Assembly: GCF_009914755.1 (NCBI RefSeq)
Contig: NC_060939.1
DNA from: the human T2T-CHM13v2.0 reference genome, Homo sapiens
Reading direction: 5' to 3' (one strand)
DNA length: 64,000 nucleotides
Positions 13,433-30,123 of the stretch are shown here, one piece after another (positions within the stretch are counted from its first letter, which is position 1; the number at the start of each line of letters is the position of its first letter). Under the pieces are notes generated by a model. The model saw only the letters and a list, made by a program, of their open reading frames with translations, was not told the origin of the DNA and made no database searches. Both the position numbers and the translations under genes were made by a program.

Positions 13433-14490
13433 GATAAGGAATTAACAACCAGAATATATAAGGAACTCAAACAACTCTATAGGAAAAAATCTAATAATCT
13501 CATTTAAAAATGAGCAAAAGATCTGAATAGACATTTCTCAAAAGAAGACATACAAATGGCAAACAGGTATATGAAAAGGTGCTCAACATCACATCATCAC
13601 AGAAATGCAAATCAAAACTACAATGATATACCATCTCACCTCAGTAAAAATGGCTTTTATCCAAAAGATAGGCAATAACAAATGTTAGCAAGAATGTGGA
13701 GAAAAGGAAGACCTTGTACACTATTGGTGGGAATGTAAATTATTATGGCCACTATGGAGAACAATTTGGGGGTTCCTCAAAAAACTAAAAATAGAACTAC
13801 CATATGATCCCCCAATCCCACTGCTAGGTATATACCCAAAAGAAAGGTAATCAGTATATTGAAGAGATACCTATACTCTCATGTTTAATGCAGCACTATT
13901 CACAATAGCCAAGATTTGGAAGCAACCTAAGTGTCCATCAACAGGTGAATGGTTAAAGAAAATGTGGTAAATATACACAATGGAGTACTATTCAGCCATA
14001 AAAAAGAATGAGATCCTGCCATTTGCAACAACATGGATGGAACTGGGGGTCATTATGTTAAGTGAAATAAGCCAGGCACAAATAGACAAGCTTCACATGT
14101 TCTCACTTACTTGTGGGAACTAAAATTAAAACAACTGAACTCATGGAGACAGAGAGTAGAACAATGGTTACCAGAAGCTAGGAAGGGTAACAGGGGAGAA
14201 TGGTTAATGAATACAAAAACAAAGTTAGATAAAATGAATAAGACCCAGTATTTGATGGCACAACAGGGTGACTACATTCAATAATAATTGATTGCACATT
14301 TACATATAACTAAGAGTATTAATTACATTATTTGTAACACAAAGAAAGGATAAATACTTTGAGGTGATAGAAACCTCATTTACCCCGATGTGATTATTAC
14401 ACACTGCATGCCTGTATCAAAATATCTCATGTACCCCATAAATATATATACCTACTATGTATCCACAAAAATTAAAAATAAAAAAATTTA
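13433..14490 (+). mobile_element. L1MA (L1MA2/3-like) 3' fragment nested in L1PB
   Basis: ORF2 end plus L1MA-type 3'UTR (ATATCTCATGTACCCCATAAATATATATACCTACTATGTA) with its own A tail. Confidence 0.8.
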
Positions 14491-15294
14491 ATGGAAATAA
14501 CAGACACTGGGGACTCCAAAAAGGGGTAGGGATTGAAGGAGGGGGGTGGAGGTTCAAAGATTACCTATTGGATACAAAGTTCAATATCTGAGTGACAGAT
14601 ACACTGGAAACGCAATCCCCACCATTACTCAATATATCCATGTAACAAGCATACACATGGACCACCTAAATCCAAAATTTAAAAATGTATAAATTAAATA
14701 AATAAATAAAAATAAAAACCAGATAGCATGGACTAGATGGGAAGACTTTGTGGATTAAATTTCCTATTGAAAAAATTTATTCAACAAAGATATATATTTA
14801 CTTATAGATGGTCTTAGTGTAGGAGTTTAACTGCAGAGAGACTTTGTACTTACCAAAACATATCCTCCATACCACATTGCTGCATAATATATCAAGTGAA
14901 AATGGTTGAACAAAACATGAAGGAAATAAGCTACATTTACAGTTTACCTACTGGAGTTTGCAAATTATACTACTTTCACATTTAAAGAAAAAGCACATAA
15001 AACTTGGAAATCTAATCTGAAAATGAAGGTATATTTTGTGTGGTGGAACCAAAGCCTGAAGAATGCAATTGCAGTTCAAATAGCCTTCCATTTTCTACCT
15101 TTTGTCATAAAAAAAAGAAGTATGTACGTTTTATATATAATATACATTAGGTTCAGAACTCTACGAGCTCTAATTAATGAGGCAAAAAAAAATCTCTCAC
15201 ACTTTTAATCAAAGATTTTTTTAGGTTAAATAACACAAGCAAAATAGAAAACAATAGGACCAAGAATAATTCAAATGAAGACTAAAGTACTTAC

Positions 15295-15337
15295 CAATTT
15301 GGCCAGCCTTGACTTTAAAAGGAACATCCAATTCACT
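15295..15337 (-). CDS. VPS13C: VPS13C coding exon 3 (43 nt)
   Basis: Acceptor CTTTCTTCTGAAG|, donor TTG|GTAAGT; SELDVPFKVKAGQI, phase compatible. Confidence 0.96.
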
Positions 15338-15415
15338 CTTCAGAAGAAAGAGAAAATGTAAAGGACATCTTAAATTATGAAGCCAACCCAAAAATCACTT
15401 TTGTGTGATCATTTA

Positions 15416-15801
<386 letters not shown>

Positions 15802-16748
15802 TTATAACTTAAACTTTGACTTTAAAGAAAGAATTCACAAGAGAAACAAAATGATAAATAGTAAAAATAGAAAAAGTTTGTAAATAGCCAGGTAAACTGG
15901 TTACTTGTTTTAAGTAAACCAAATCAAATGGAAATTAAAATCAAACCAAATCAATTTAAACACATAGACAATGTTTATCTGAAATACTAGAACAGAAAAA
16001 AGAAGAGTCTTTTTGCATAAATTAGTTGAAAACATTACTGAACAACAGTTCTCTCTCAAATATTTAGTAAATGAATAAACTTAAAAATCTTTAAAAGAAA
16101 AGCTAGATTCCCAATATATTATTTACCAAATTAGTATTTCGTTTAGATAAGTTACAGAGAGGTGCCAACAAATAATAATAAACTTTCACTTACCTATATT
16201 CCAAACAACTAGAAAGTTCAAATAACTTTTTTTATTCACAGAATACTAAACAACTGATATCCATAATGATAACCTGAGTTTTAGAATTATTAAAAATTAA
16301 ACCAGTCAGTACAGCCTTTCCGTTAGGTTTGACTTACTATATAATAACACTATAAAAATCTGACCACCAAAATGTAGGTAATAATTAACTAAAATAATCA
16401 ATTTACCTAATCATCTGATTACGTCTGAATGCTACGTAAACAGGAATTGAACAGAATGCTATTATAATAGCTTTAGATAAAAAGTCTTTTTTAGACCAAA
16501 AAAAAAAAGTCTTTGCTGCCAATAAGAGCAGCTCTGTCCTCCTGGAGGACAGGAAAGATAAATTCAAGGGAATTCGCATTATACAGTATACAAACTGCAA
16601 ACTACAAAAAGGTGGTCTCATGCTCATTTTAATCCTCCTGAAATAATTTTCACACAAAATAAATGTAAATAACCCATATAAAAGTAAAAATTCATCAATT
16701 TGGTTTAACTGGGGAAAGGAGCTACTTTGAATAAAAAATATAAATTAC

Positions 16749-16891
16749 AGGGGGAAGGGATAGCATTAGGAGATATACCTAATGTAAATGACAAGTCAAA
16801 GGGTGCAGCACACCAACATGGCACATGTATACATAGGTAACAAACCTGCACATTGGGCACATGTACCCTAGAACTTAAAGTATAATAAAAA
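16749..16891 (+). mobile_element. L1PA 3' terminal fragment
   Basis: GGGATAGCATTAGGAGATATACCTAATG...CTTAAAGTATAATAAAA. Confidence 0.9.
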
Positions 16892-17285
16892 ATATATATA
16901 TATAAAAATTACAAAATAGTTTATTATATTTAATTATAACCAAAACTTGAATTAGGCTGAAACAGAGTTCAAATAATTTGTCTCCTTAGTATGTTAGATA
17001 TATATCCTGTCACTACAATTCTATTTATATTGTCATAAATAGAGAAAAAAACCTCTTTTCCAATCTATAACAACAGAATCAGGTCTACATTTTTGTTTAA
17101 AATTTAAAAAGTTGTAGCATCCTATATAAAAAAGAGAAAAATATTTAAATTTTTGAGCACCTACTAAGTGCCAGGCTCTACTTCTCATCTTATTCAAGCC
17201 ACAAAGACACAGAGATATTATATTGTTTTATAATTAACTTCACTTTATAGATGATTAAACTCATGCTAAAAGATCAAAGAAATTA

Positions 17286-17626
<341 letters not shown>

Positions 17627-18182
17627 TTAAACAATAAACTCATTAAGTGACTTCATAAACTCACATTTAGCCCAACAAGCTAAACAGAAACCTAATTGGG
17701 GGATGGAGGGCATTGTTTTGTTTGTTTTCAACTCAACAATAAATGACACAAATTACTTTCTGGAGCTAAAGTCCAGAAAATCCTATTTTACCTCTTAATA
17801 TTACTATAATAAGGCTAGACCATCAATCTATTTCCAAAATTAGATATGTTATTTAAAATCAAGCCCTCATTTATCTCAAAAATACGTAAAGACACTAGTG
17901 AAGGAAAATATTGCTATAAGGAAAAAGTCAACTACAAAACTATACAGTCAAATTAGATCAACGAAAAACACTCCGTTTCCAAGAGATACTATTTTGATTA
18001 TTAGGGGAAAAAATTTCTAAATCTTTAATCTCAGATTTTCCAACAGCAAATAGTTGAACAAGTAATCCCTTGAGTGATTCCATCACTTTATCTAGTACAT
18101 GGTATCAGATGCCTAGTAGGCAAAGGTTTCTAAGAACTTACCAAATTAAGTGAGTTATTAGCATAGTTTAAAAAAAACTTAC

Positions 18183-18226
18183 CAGGGCATTTTCTTTTAT
18201 CTGTAGATTATCTAAAGCCACATTTC
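18183..18226 (-). CDS. VPS13C: VPS13C coding exon 2 (44 nt)
   Basis: Acceptor TTTTTTTAAAG|, donor CTG|GTAAGT; continues exon 1 frame: (G)NVALDNLQIKENAL. Confidence 0.96.
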
Positions 18227-19217
18227 CTTTAAAAAAAGAAAACAAAGAAAAATATTACTATAACATACCAATTTTTAAACCTATCACAATGTAGTACCAA
18301 GCACTAAGAAACTGGGCTAAGTGCTAAGAATACAATGATAAACAAAGGTGACTTAAGAGGCTACCCGGCACAAAATAGTTGCTACATATGCTCAAGAGTT
18401 ATTAATTGTAGCATACTATAGGTTAATCCAGTGTAAAAGAAGTTATAACACATTAAACTAGCTAACATTTAAACAAACAATGGGAAAGAAGTTGGAGCTT
18501 TTTGGACAGAAGAACTTTAAGACCAAAGAAAGTAGCCATCATTTTGAATGATTAAGCCAAAATCTCAAGATATAAAGAGATGATTACAAGGTCAGATCAA
18601 TCATCCTGGGTTCTTTAATTACGTTATCAATTAACATTTTCTTCAGAAACATGGTGTTAGTCTTTCATGTCTCCAAACATTCTACCTTCCCAATGATTAC
18701 TGTATGTGCTTCTAATATTCTTTAATCAGTCCAACTTTTATTATATTCATATGCTAAGTTATAAAAATACTATTACATGACTCAAATCTTAAACACTATC
18801 CCTGTATTTGTTGATACACAATAGTCAAATATTCATGCTGACATAAAAATGTAAGGAAAAAGTTTTCATTTCACTTAAATTATGTTAAGGCTAATAAAAC
18901 TATAGTTTCAACATTAAATGCAGGCGTAAATTACTGTAATATATTTTCTTAATCATTTATGACACATATATTTTTTAAAAACTATAGTAGCTATACTTCC
19001 CATTAATATTTTTCAATCAAGTAACTTTTTCTTCCAGGTATTTTGGAGTGAATTTAAAAGTATATTTAATTTGTTTACATCATTTTAGAGATCTGCTTTT
19101 CCCAGATCTCAAAATTATTAAACATTTATTAAGCACCCATTATATGTTAGGTGCTGGAAAGAGAAAGATTACTAGAACAATATTCATTAAGGCACTCACG
19201 GCTTAGCAGAGGGGACT

Positions 19218-19291
19218 GTGCAAAAGTAACTGCAGTTTTTGCCATTACTTTTTTTAATGGCAAAAATGCAACTACTTTTGCACCAACCTAA
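19218..19291. mobile_element. MADE1 mariner MITE, one end truncated
   Basis: GTGCAAAAGTAACTGCAGTTTTTGCCATTA / TAATGGCAAAAATGCAACTACTTTTGCACCAACCTAA inverted repeat. Confidence 0.9.
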
Positions 19292-21116
19292 TAATTTTCT
19301 AAAATTTTAGAAATATTCCAATAGAAGCGTACACAAGATGAAAAGGAGGAGTCACCTAATTGCCTAGGGAAATCAAGAACACACATAGGTTTAGGCTGGA
19401 AGGTTTAAGTAGTATTTACTGGGTGGATAAGAAAAGAGGGCAAATAGATAAGTGTGAGTAAGGCACATTTTAGAAAGCACATATGGTTTGGTGTAACTGG
19501 AGGGTATAAGAAAAGGAAACAAAATAAGGTCAGAAAGGTAGGCAAGGGCCAGACTAATGAAGAGCTTTCAGGATAAAAAATTCCAGACCCACCAAAACAA
19601 AGAGATAAAATATATATAACAGAGATTATGTTATTTTAGAATCATTACTCAACTGTCCTAAGGAATAACTATTGATCTGTCCAAACAATTTAGCTACAAG
19701 GATATTGCAGTATTGGGAGGGAAAGAAGGAAGGACAGAAGAGGGGAGGAAAGGAAGGAAAGGAGGACCTAAAGATCTAAATGTCCAGGAAGAAGGCATAA
19801 CTCACAATACATCTGTATTATAAACAAAAAAAAGTAGAAAGACATGGGAAAATGTTCACAGAATATTGAGTTTTTTAAAAAGTAAAAGAATGCCCAGATT
19901 GACCTAAATTTAAAAGTATCTATATATGCACAAGTGTGTGTGCATTCCACACATACATAGAAAAAAATAAAAAACTGTAAGATGCCATAATGCTCACAGT
20001 GGTTATTTCTATGTAATAAAGTTCATTTTCTGTGTACATACAGTTCTCAAATTTTCTAAAATAAATTGTCGAAAACTATAATAAAGGAAGAAAAGGAGGA
20101 AAGAAACTTCACAAATGGTAAGGAAATACTATAGTATATAGTAGGAGGGAAATGAAAGAATACAGGCAGTCAGGAAACTTCTACAACACACTGAAAAGTA
20201 AAACCGAAAATAAGGCAGTAACTTCAGGGTGAAAGAGGTAGAGTCATAGTAAAGAGTTATTTTGGAGGCAGAATTGACAGGATATCATCACTGTCCAGAT
20301 GCAGGAGTAATAAAGTAGTCATGGAAGACTAGCGTGTTCAGCAACAGGGGGAAAAAAGTCCTTACGTATTATATATGCACTAAAATTACATAAAGACAAA
20401 TATTCCTAGATTCAAATCTGTCACATGATGAATTACACAAAATTACAATTGGGAAGTCTATTCTAGCCTACAGGGTAATCTGCACAGATGCTAGTGCCTA
20501 TCTGAAGCCATCCAAACTAGTTTAATAAGATCTAAGGCCCACATGCAGACTTTCAACCCTGCTCATAAATTTTGACTGTTCTACCTAGTCATTCTCAATT
20601 GGTGGGCCAAGAGTTACCAGGAGTGATCAGAAATCATCTGCGTTAGAGATGAAGTCTTTATAACAATTGTTAAGGCACTACCATAATGTTTGTAAAAATA
20701 TAAATATACTTATAAAAAGTGGGCTGTTTCTCCTGCAGTGACACTTTACTTGTTTGATCAAGTAGTAGGATAGCAGGTGGTAGTTAAGATGTGAAATGTT
20801 GAAAACTACCAATATGGCTAATAGAGTTAGACAAGTATATTTAGACAGACTGTCAGACAAAAAGAGATTGTACTTATTATTGCTGGGTGGTAGAATTAAA
20901 GATAGCTTTTTTATTGATGTTTTTCAGTATTTTCTAGTTTTTATAATAATTAGATTTTTTTATGTGAAATTATTACGGAAATTATAAGAAGGAAAATGGG
21001 GAAATAAAACAAAAGTAAATTCACATGTCAATACGATTTAAATATTTTTTATATAAATTTTTTCTATATCTAGTATTACTTTACCCCCAGACACGTAAGA
21101 ATAACAAAGAAATATT

Positions 21117-21428
21117 GGCCGGTGTGCAGTGGCTCACACCTGTAATCCCAGCACTTTGAGAGGCCAAGGCAGGTGGATCACAAGTTCAGGAGTTTGCAAC
21201 CAGCCTGGCCAACATGGTGAAACCCCATCTCTACTAAAAAAAAAATCAAAAATTAGCCGGGCATGGGCATGGTGGCATGAGCCTGTAATCCCAACTACTC
21301 AGGAGGCTGAGTGAGGCAGGAGAACTGCTTGAACCTGGGAGGCAGAGGTTGCGGTGAGCTGAGATTGTGCCACTGCACTCCAGCCTGGGTGACAGCAAGA
21401 CTCCATCTCAAAAAAAAAAACAAAAAAA
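21117..21428 (+). mobile_element. AluS (Sg/Sc-like)
   Basis: Full dimeric Alu with small internal duplications. Confidence 0.95.
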
Positions 21429-22072
21429 GCAGTATCTATTTCTGCCACCCAGTCTGACAAATGCATACTTCCTCTTTGAAAATGTGAATGTTATCTAACA
21501 AACAGTAACTGTAACAGTGAAATAAGAATAATACATTCTCCAAGTTATTTGCACTGAAGGAGGAGCTCTAGTTCTAATACAAAGAATAGGGGAGGAATAA
21601 GCAGTATAATTCAGATTAACACTGGCACCAGTGTAAAGAGGTAAAAGTGCATTCATTCATTCAAGCAGTAGATGAGTACTTATCTTGGTAAGGCACTGGA
21701 CTAACAAGTACTCTCCACTAAACTGCATGCTATTCTGACTGATAAATATGCAGCAGTGTCATTACATATCCTATGAACTCCAGAAATCCTGTTTAAAGAA
21801 AAAGAATTTATAAGACCAAGATTAAACCAGATCTCCCCTAAAAATCAACCATTTTATATTTAACTGAATACCGATAAAAAAGATTTCATTTTCCTTTTCT
21901 ACCTTAAAACAACATAATAATTCTATACAATGTAAATAACTTTAGTGCTATAGCCAGATCACCAGGGCTAAGAACACATAGAAGTCATAGAAAGTTCTCA
22001 AAAAAACTGAAGGAAGGGTAAATATTTGTTTTTGGTTTTTTGGTTTTTTTTTTTTTCATTTGTTCTCATTTT

Positions 22073-24119
<2,047 letters not shown>

Positions 24120-24486
24120 CTAATCCTTTAAAACAAAAAACAAACAGGGATATGTTAACTAATAATTGGAGATGAATAAACTTAACTCTGCCAGCAAGGA
24201 AAGCTCTAAAGCCAATCCCACAATCAAGTGGCTCTAATCCTACCAAGTCTAAACAGACTAAGGTGACAGATAAGGAAATTCTGTGAAGCGATCTCCCTTA
24301 TGCTGGACTGACAGGCCCATGGGAGGAGGGTAGACAATATACACAGTAAGTAGTCTGTGCTTCAGAAGAGACCCCATATGATTCTCATTAATAAACTACA
24401 TATATTTTGGATGTGCATACACTGCTAGAAAGTCACCATAGTTTCAAAGCCAATCTTGAAAGATATTTTAAGAAATATACTAAAAG

Positions 24487-24800
24487 GGCCAGGTGCAGTG
24501 AGTGGCTCATGCCTGTAATCCCAACACTTTGGGAGACCAAGGCGATTGGATCACTTGAGCCCAGCAGTTGGAGACCAGCCTTGCCAACATGGCGAAACCC
24601 TGTCTCTACCTAAAAAATACAAAAAAATTAGCCAGGCATGGTGGCAGGTGCCTGTCATCTCAGATACTCAGGATTCTGAGGCAGAAGAATCACTCGAACC
24701 AGAAGGGCAGAGGTTGCAGTGAGCCAGGATCATGCCACTGCACTCCAGCCTCAGTGACAGCCAGAGCAAGACCCAGTCTCAAAAAAAAAAAAAAAAAAAA
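24487..24800 (+). mobile_element. AluS
   Basis: Full dimeric Alu with 20-A tail. Confidence 0.95.
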
Positions 24801-26368
24801 GTAAATCCTGGATCAAAACTGGATCAAAATTTAGTATTCTTCAACAGTGAACCAGAAGATGAAAATGGAAGTAAATTAGCAAATGACATGAAGAGTTGGA
24901 GTCATCGCAAAAAAAAAAAAGTAGAAATAGTTGCTAGTTATAGAAAACAACCAAGCTAGTGTATTTATGAATAAAAATCAAATGGTACTAGCACAATAAG
25001 GAAAAGCCTGCCTAAGTCCAAGAATGGCTTTTTAAATACATAATGGCCTACAAAATAAATGTAAGAAATATAGTCCTATTGTTAAGTACCTCCAACCAGA
25101 AATAATCTCTCTAAACTTTTGCAGAAATTTAGGCTATAGCTTTCTTATGGTGCGTAACACTTAACTTTATATAAATCCCCAGTCTGATTATAAACTTCTT
25201 ACTGATTCTCCTCAGAGTAGGTACTCGATAAATACTGACTTCAGAATGCATATTGTACTGGGGTGGAACCAACTACAATAAGGTCATAAATCTTTATATT
25301 TTAGAAAACACTTTCAGATATATAACATTACTCAATCCTCACAGCCTCCTGGGCAAGAAACAGGTTGTATACATTAAGCAATAGAAGCTGAGGCTTAGAG
25401 AGGTTAAATGACTAGCCCAAGAATCCTATGGCAACCTAATAGTAAGTGGCAGTCTCAAGGCTCAAATCTTATAAAACTCAATGCTATCTTCAGAATAACA
25501 CTGTTCTCCCGAATAGCAGAGCATAAAGCGTATAGGATTTTAATTCAGAAGGTAATTCGACCTCCCTGGACAACAAAAATGCCATAAAAGAATCAGACTC
25601 AGCATTCACAGGCCAGCGTGGTTGTTGGTTCCACTTTTGGTCTCTGTATTTGCAAAGAGACGTAAAAAAATCCAAAACAAAAAGGATAACTAAAATTAGT
25701 ATAACAAGGGCACAGGCAGAACGGTAGGATAGAGTCAAGGGGGTTATGTTCAGAGCATAACCAGAAGAAAACGTAGTGCCACAGGGGAAAACAGATGCAG
25801 GAGATGGTATTACAAAATGGTCATTTTAGTACTTTTTAAAAATCTATTTTTTTCCTCAAAAGACAGAAATTCACAAGTTATGATTTAGAACTATTTGGGA
25901 CCATAAAGATTTTCAAATCTAAGCCCCTCTCACTTTATACATGAAGAAATTAAAGTCTAAAGAGATCTGGTAGTTTATCCAAGGTTATACAATTTTTTTG
26001 TGGCAGTACTAAGAATAGAATCTATGTCTCCCAACTCCTAGGTCAACTTTCTTAATATAAAACATAGAGGTTAATCCAAAACTGTGATTAAACACAAAAA
26101 CCATCCAACAAACAAAAATGCCATGCCATAATCCATGAAACTAGCTTTGCATATAAAGAATAGTGAAATAAAGAATGCTTTGTATTTATTTTTTAAGATT
26201 TTGTTTATGTATCTATAACATAAACATTATTTAGTTGAAAGCATATCTGAATGTTCTGACACAATTCATTTTCCAGGGAGGTGAGCTAAAGTAGATGACT
26301 GAACAGTTTTTTAAAGCAAAGCATGAATCAAATTATTTTAATGATTTATGTTTTAGTAAAGAATACCA

Positions 26369-26685
<317 letters not shown>

Positions 26686-28447
26686 TTATAGCTATTCATT
26701 TCAAATGAATCTAGCTAGTCAACCCAAATTAACCAATCTAGACTCCTTTTAATGAGTTCACAGTGACTTTGTCTTCAGAGAGGAAGACAGGAAAGAGAAA
26801 GGAAACAACTCTCTCACTCTTCCCATTTCCCTACTGAAACAGGAAGTTTTGACAAAGAAAGGTAGAAAGCTGCAACATCACCACTGAACTTTCTCCCTTT
26901 CAGTTCACTTCAGGGATCCCATAATATTGAGTAATGTGGTAGAGCTTCCTAGCAGAATGGTTACCAAAATACCAATTCTCAGTTTTAGTTCTAGAAAAGG
27001 AGTTAATTTTTAATTAGTAATGCTACTTAAATATGTGAACAGGTGCTTAAATTTAAATTTTTAAGCACCGCTTTAACTGGTAGTAACTGAGCCTAAATAT
27101 GTATTACACTAATGACCTTTTCATTATTGTTTACTTTTATATGCCATAGGACAAGCTAATGAGAAATGTGGCCTCCACTACACCAAGTGCTGGCTGGGAG
27201 GAAAAGACTAAAGAAAATCCCTCTACAGGTTTAGAAATACCTAGATACTGACATCTTTTATGTGTCAAAGCCAAAAAAAGCAAAAAGAGCTGCTTTTTCT
27301 TTCATTCTCAAGCTGCCCTACAGGTACCTGTTAAGACAATATATTACAGTATATTACACTTGGACCCACAAATATCAGCATGAGCCTGGAACTTCATTTA
27401 TCTTGTCACTGTCATTGACTGTGGCTCTTTACTCACCAATATCGGGTGAAGAGCAAAAAGGAAAGATAAAGATACATTATTTAACTACCTTTTCTCTCTA
27501 TGAATGCGGAGGAAGTGGCAGTACCACTCATCCAATGAAGGATCTCACGTTGTTCTTGCCTTGCTCAAATCACAGAAGTTTAAAGACAGAAGAGATGACC
27601 TTGTCTAACCTTTCCACTTACAGATAAGCAACCAATGGTCACTTGTCAGAGACATGCCAAAAGCCACACAACTAGACAGAATCAGAGATGGAATAAGATT
27701 AAAGAGGTTTGCTCATTCCCAGTCCAGTGTTCATTCTCCTTTCTTATGCTGCGCTGCTCCAACAATATCTGGCAGCTCAAGGGGAAGTGTCAAGAGTGGG
27801 ATAAACTGTCAGGAGTGGGATAAACAGCACAGGTTCAGTCTGGTTTGCAGGGCCACAGATTCTGAGGGCATTGCACTTGGCTTCTATTCCTGGTCACCAG
27901 AGTCACCCTTGTATCTAACACATCACAGTTCCTATGTTGATTCCACCTGTCCAGTGGAATTAAGAACAACAGAGTTCCGAGTACTGGAGGATTTTCCTGC
28001 TGACTCTCCACAGTAAATCATTTTGAAAAATCAAATTGACAAAGGTTCTACATTGCAACAATACTACTCAAATCATATTGCAAAAGATGAGGCATTTCAA
28101 CATACCTTTTCAAATATATGTTACTCTTAAAACAATTATATCCTGGACACATCTCAATAGCTAAGGGCTGTGAAATTTATCTATTGGTACCAGTTTGTGG
28201 GGAACAAAAATCTAGATAAACCTTCCTACTTATGTAGGCAGTATGTACCCACCAGGCACTTTTCTGAACCTCTGAAAGCCTGACTTACAAACTAGCTGGC
28301 AGGTAATACTGTAAAAGCATAAGCATAAATTCAAAGGCAAATAGAGGTTTTTTTTAAAAGAAATTTGTTTGGAAAATAAGAAATGTTTAGATATGTAATG
28401 ATAGCTCTACACAAAATTATCACTCAATAGAAGATTGATACCTCTAA

Positions 28448-28721
28448 GAAAACCAAACAGCACATGTTCTCATTCATAAGTGGGATTTGAACAATGACAA
28501 CACATGGACACAGGGAAGGGAACATCACACACCAGGGCCTGTCAGGAGGTGGGAGGCAAGGGGAGGGAGAGTATTAGGACAAATACATAATGCAGGGCTT
28601 AAAACCTAGATGACAGGTTGATAGGTGCAGCAAACCACCATGGCACATGTATACCTATGTAACAAACCTGCACATTCTGCACATGTATCCCAGAACTTAA
28701 AGTAGAAGTAAAAAAAAAAAA
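28448..28721 (+). mobile_element. L1PA (about L1PA7-8) 3' fragment
   Basis: L1 3'UTR ending CCCAGAACTTAAAGTA plus tail; TSD ATT(G/A)ATACCTCTAA. Confidence 0.9.
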
Positions 28722-29208
28722 GAAGAGGAAGAAGAAGAAGAATATTAATACCTCTAAAAGTCTGAAGTTAGAAGAAACATCCTTATGAAAATAAAACAAA
28801 GACTGTTTTCCATCACCCAGCCAGGTTTGTTAATCATTATTATTATCAATATTATCAACAATGACAAAGGTTTTTGACATAATCTATCTCAACAATACAC
28901 TGAAAGTTGTATATCCACTTTACAGATTACGAGAGTGAGAACTGAAATGTTTTGCCCAGGGTCCCACAGCTAATAAATAACCAAGGTCTCAATTATCTAC
29001 AGTGGCAAGGATTTTTAAAAGGAAATTCTGCTTAAACTACTTTTAAAATTACATAAGAATTGCTTGGCATTAAATAAAATCTTTAAAGAACAGAAACAGA
29101 AAGACAATGGTAGGCTGTGTTTGCTTTGCTTCTCAAATTTAAAGGCAACATCTAAAGTATACTTCCTGATTCTGGACATTCCAGTAATTTTCCCCAACCT
29201 TCTCAACC

Positions 29209-29514
<306 letters not shown>

Positions 29515-29838
29515 TCTCAACCTTTTTTAATTGTAAATTTCATTATGAACGCCTATATATACATATATGAATATATGCACACTATGATGTTTTCCAAATC
29601 ATGTTAACACAATATTTCGATCTTAAAACTACTTCCAAAGATCATCCAAGCAAAGATTATGCATTTTTATTGACATGATACCTTTCAGTCACTTAAGATA
29701 TCAATTTCTCTCTCGAATTACAGATTTCGTTAAGAGTAATCTACTTCTTCCGTGTCCTTTTTAAAACCTTACAATTTTTTCAGCACCCAGTAGGTCCCTT
29801 ACAAATGCAGAAGACAATCTCAGTCTTCTTCTTAGACT

Positions 29839-30038
29839 AGGGTTTCTCAACTAACATTTTGAGCTGGACAATTCGCTGCAGGAAGTTGTCCTCTGCATTG
29901 TAGAATGTTTAGCAGTACTCCAGGGTCTATCTGCTACATGCCAATAGCACACCTCTTCCCTCAGTGTGGCAACCAAAAAGTCTCAGACACTGTCAAATAT
30001 ACCCTGGGTACAAAGTCACCTCCCACTGAAAATCACTG
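29839..30038. mobile_element. MER20 DNA transposon
   Basis: GGGTTTCTCAAC..TGCATTGTAGAATGTTTAGCAG..GAAAATCACTG. Confidence 0.75.
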
Positions 30039-30123
30039 CTTTAGGCTAGTTAGACATTCCAGTTAAGATGTATCAAAGTAGTTTATCAATTGATTCCAAA
30101 GAATAGTAAGATCAGGTATGTGA

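Larger units (their letters stand above)
12115..14718 (+). mobile_element. L1PB-like 3' fragment interrupted by an AluJ and an L1MA fragment
   Basis: Decayed ORF2 end and 3'UTR; host breaks at GACATAAATATG (about 13378) and resumes at ATGGAAATAACAGACACTGGGGACTCC (about 14492); A-rich tail near 14700. Confidence 0.8.

Noticed and set aside
14848-14881. Possible 26-nt micro-exon with donor TTG|GTAAGT in VPS13C intron 3
   Set aside because: Poor acceptor tract, frameshifting, and exons 3 and 4 already join in frame; no further support.
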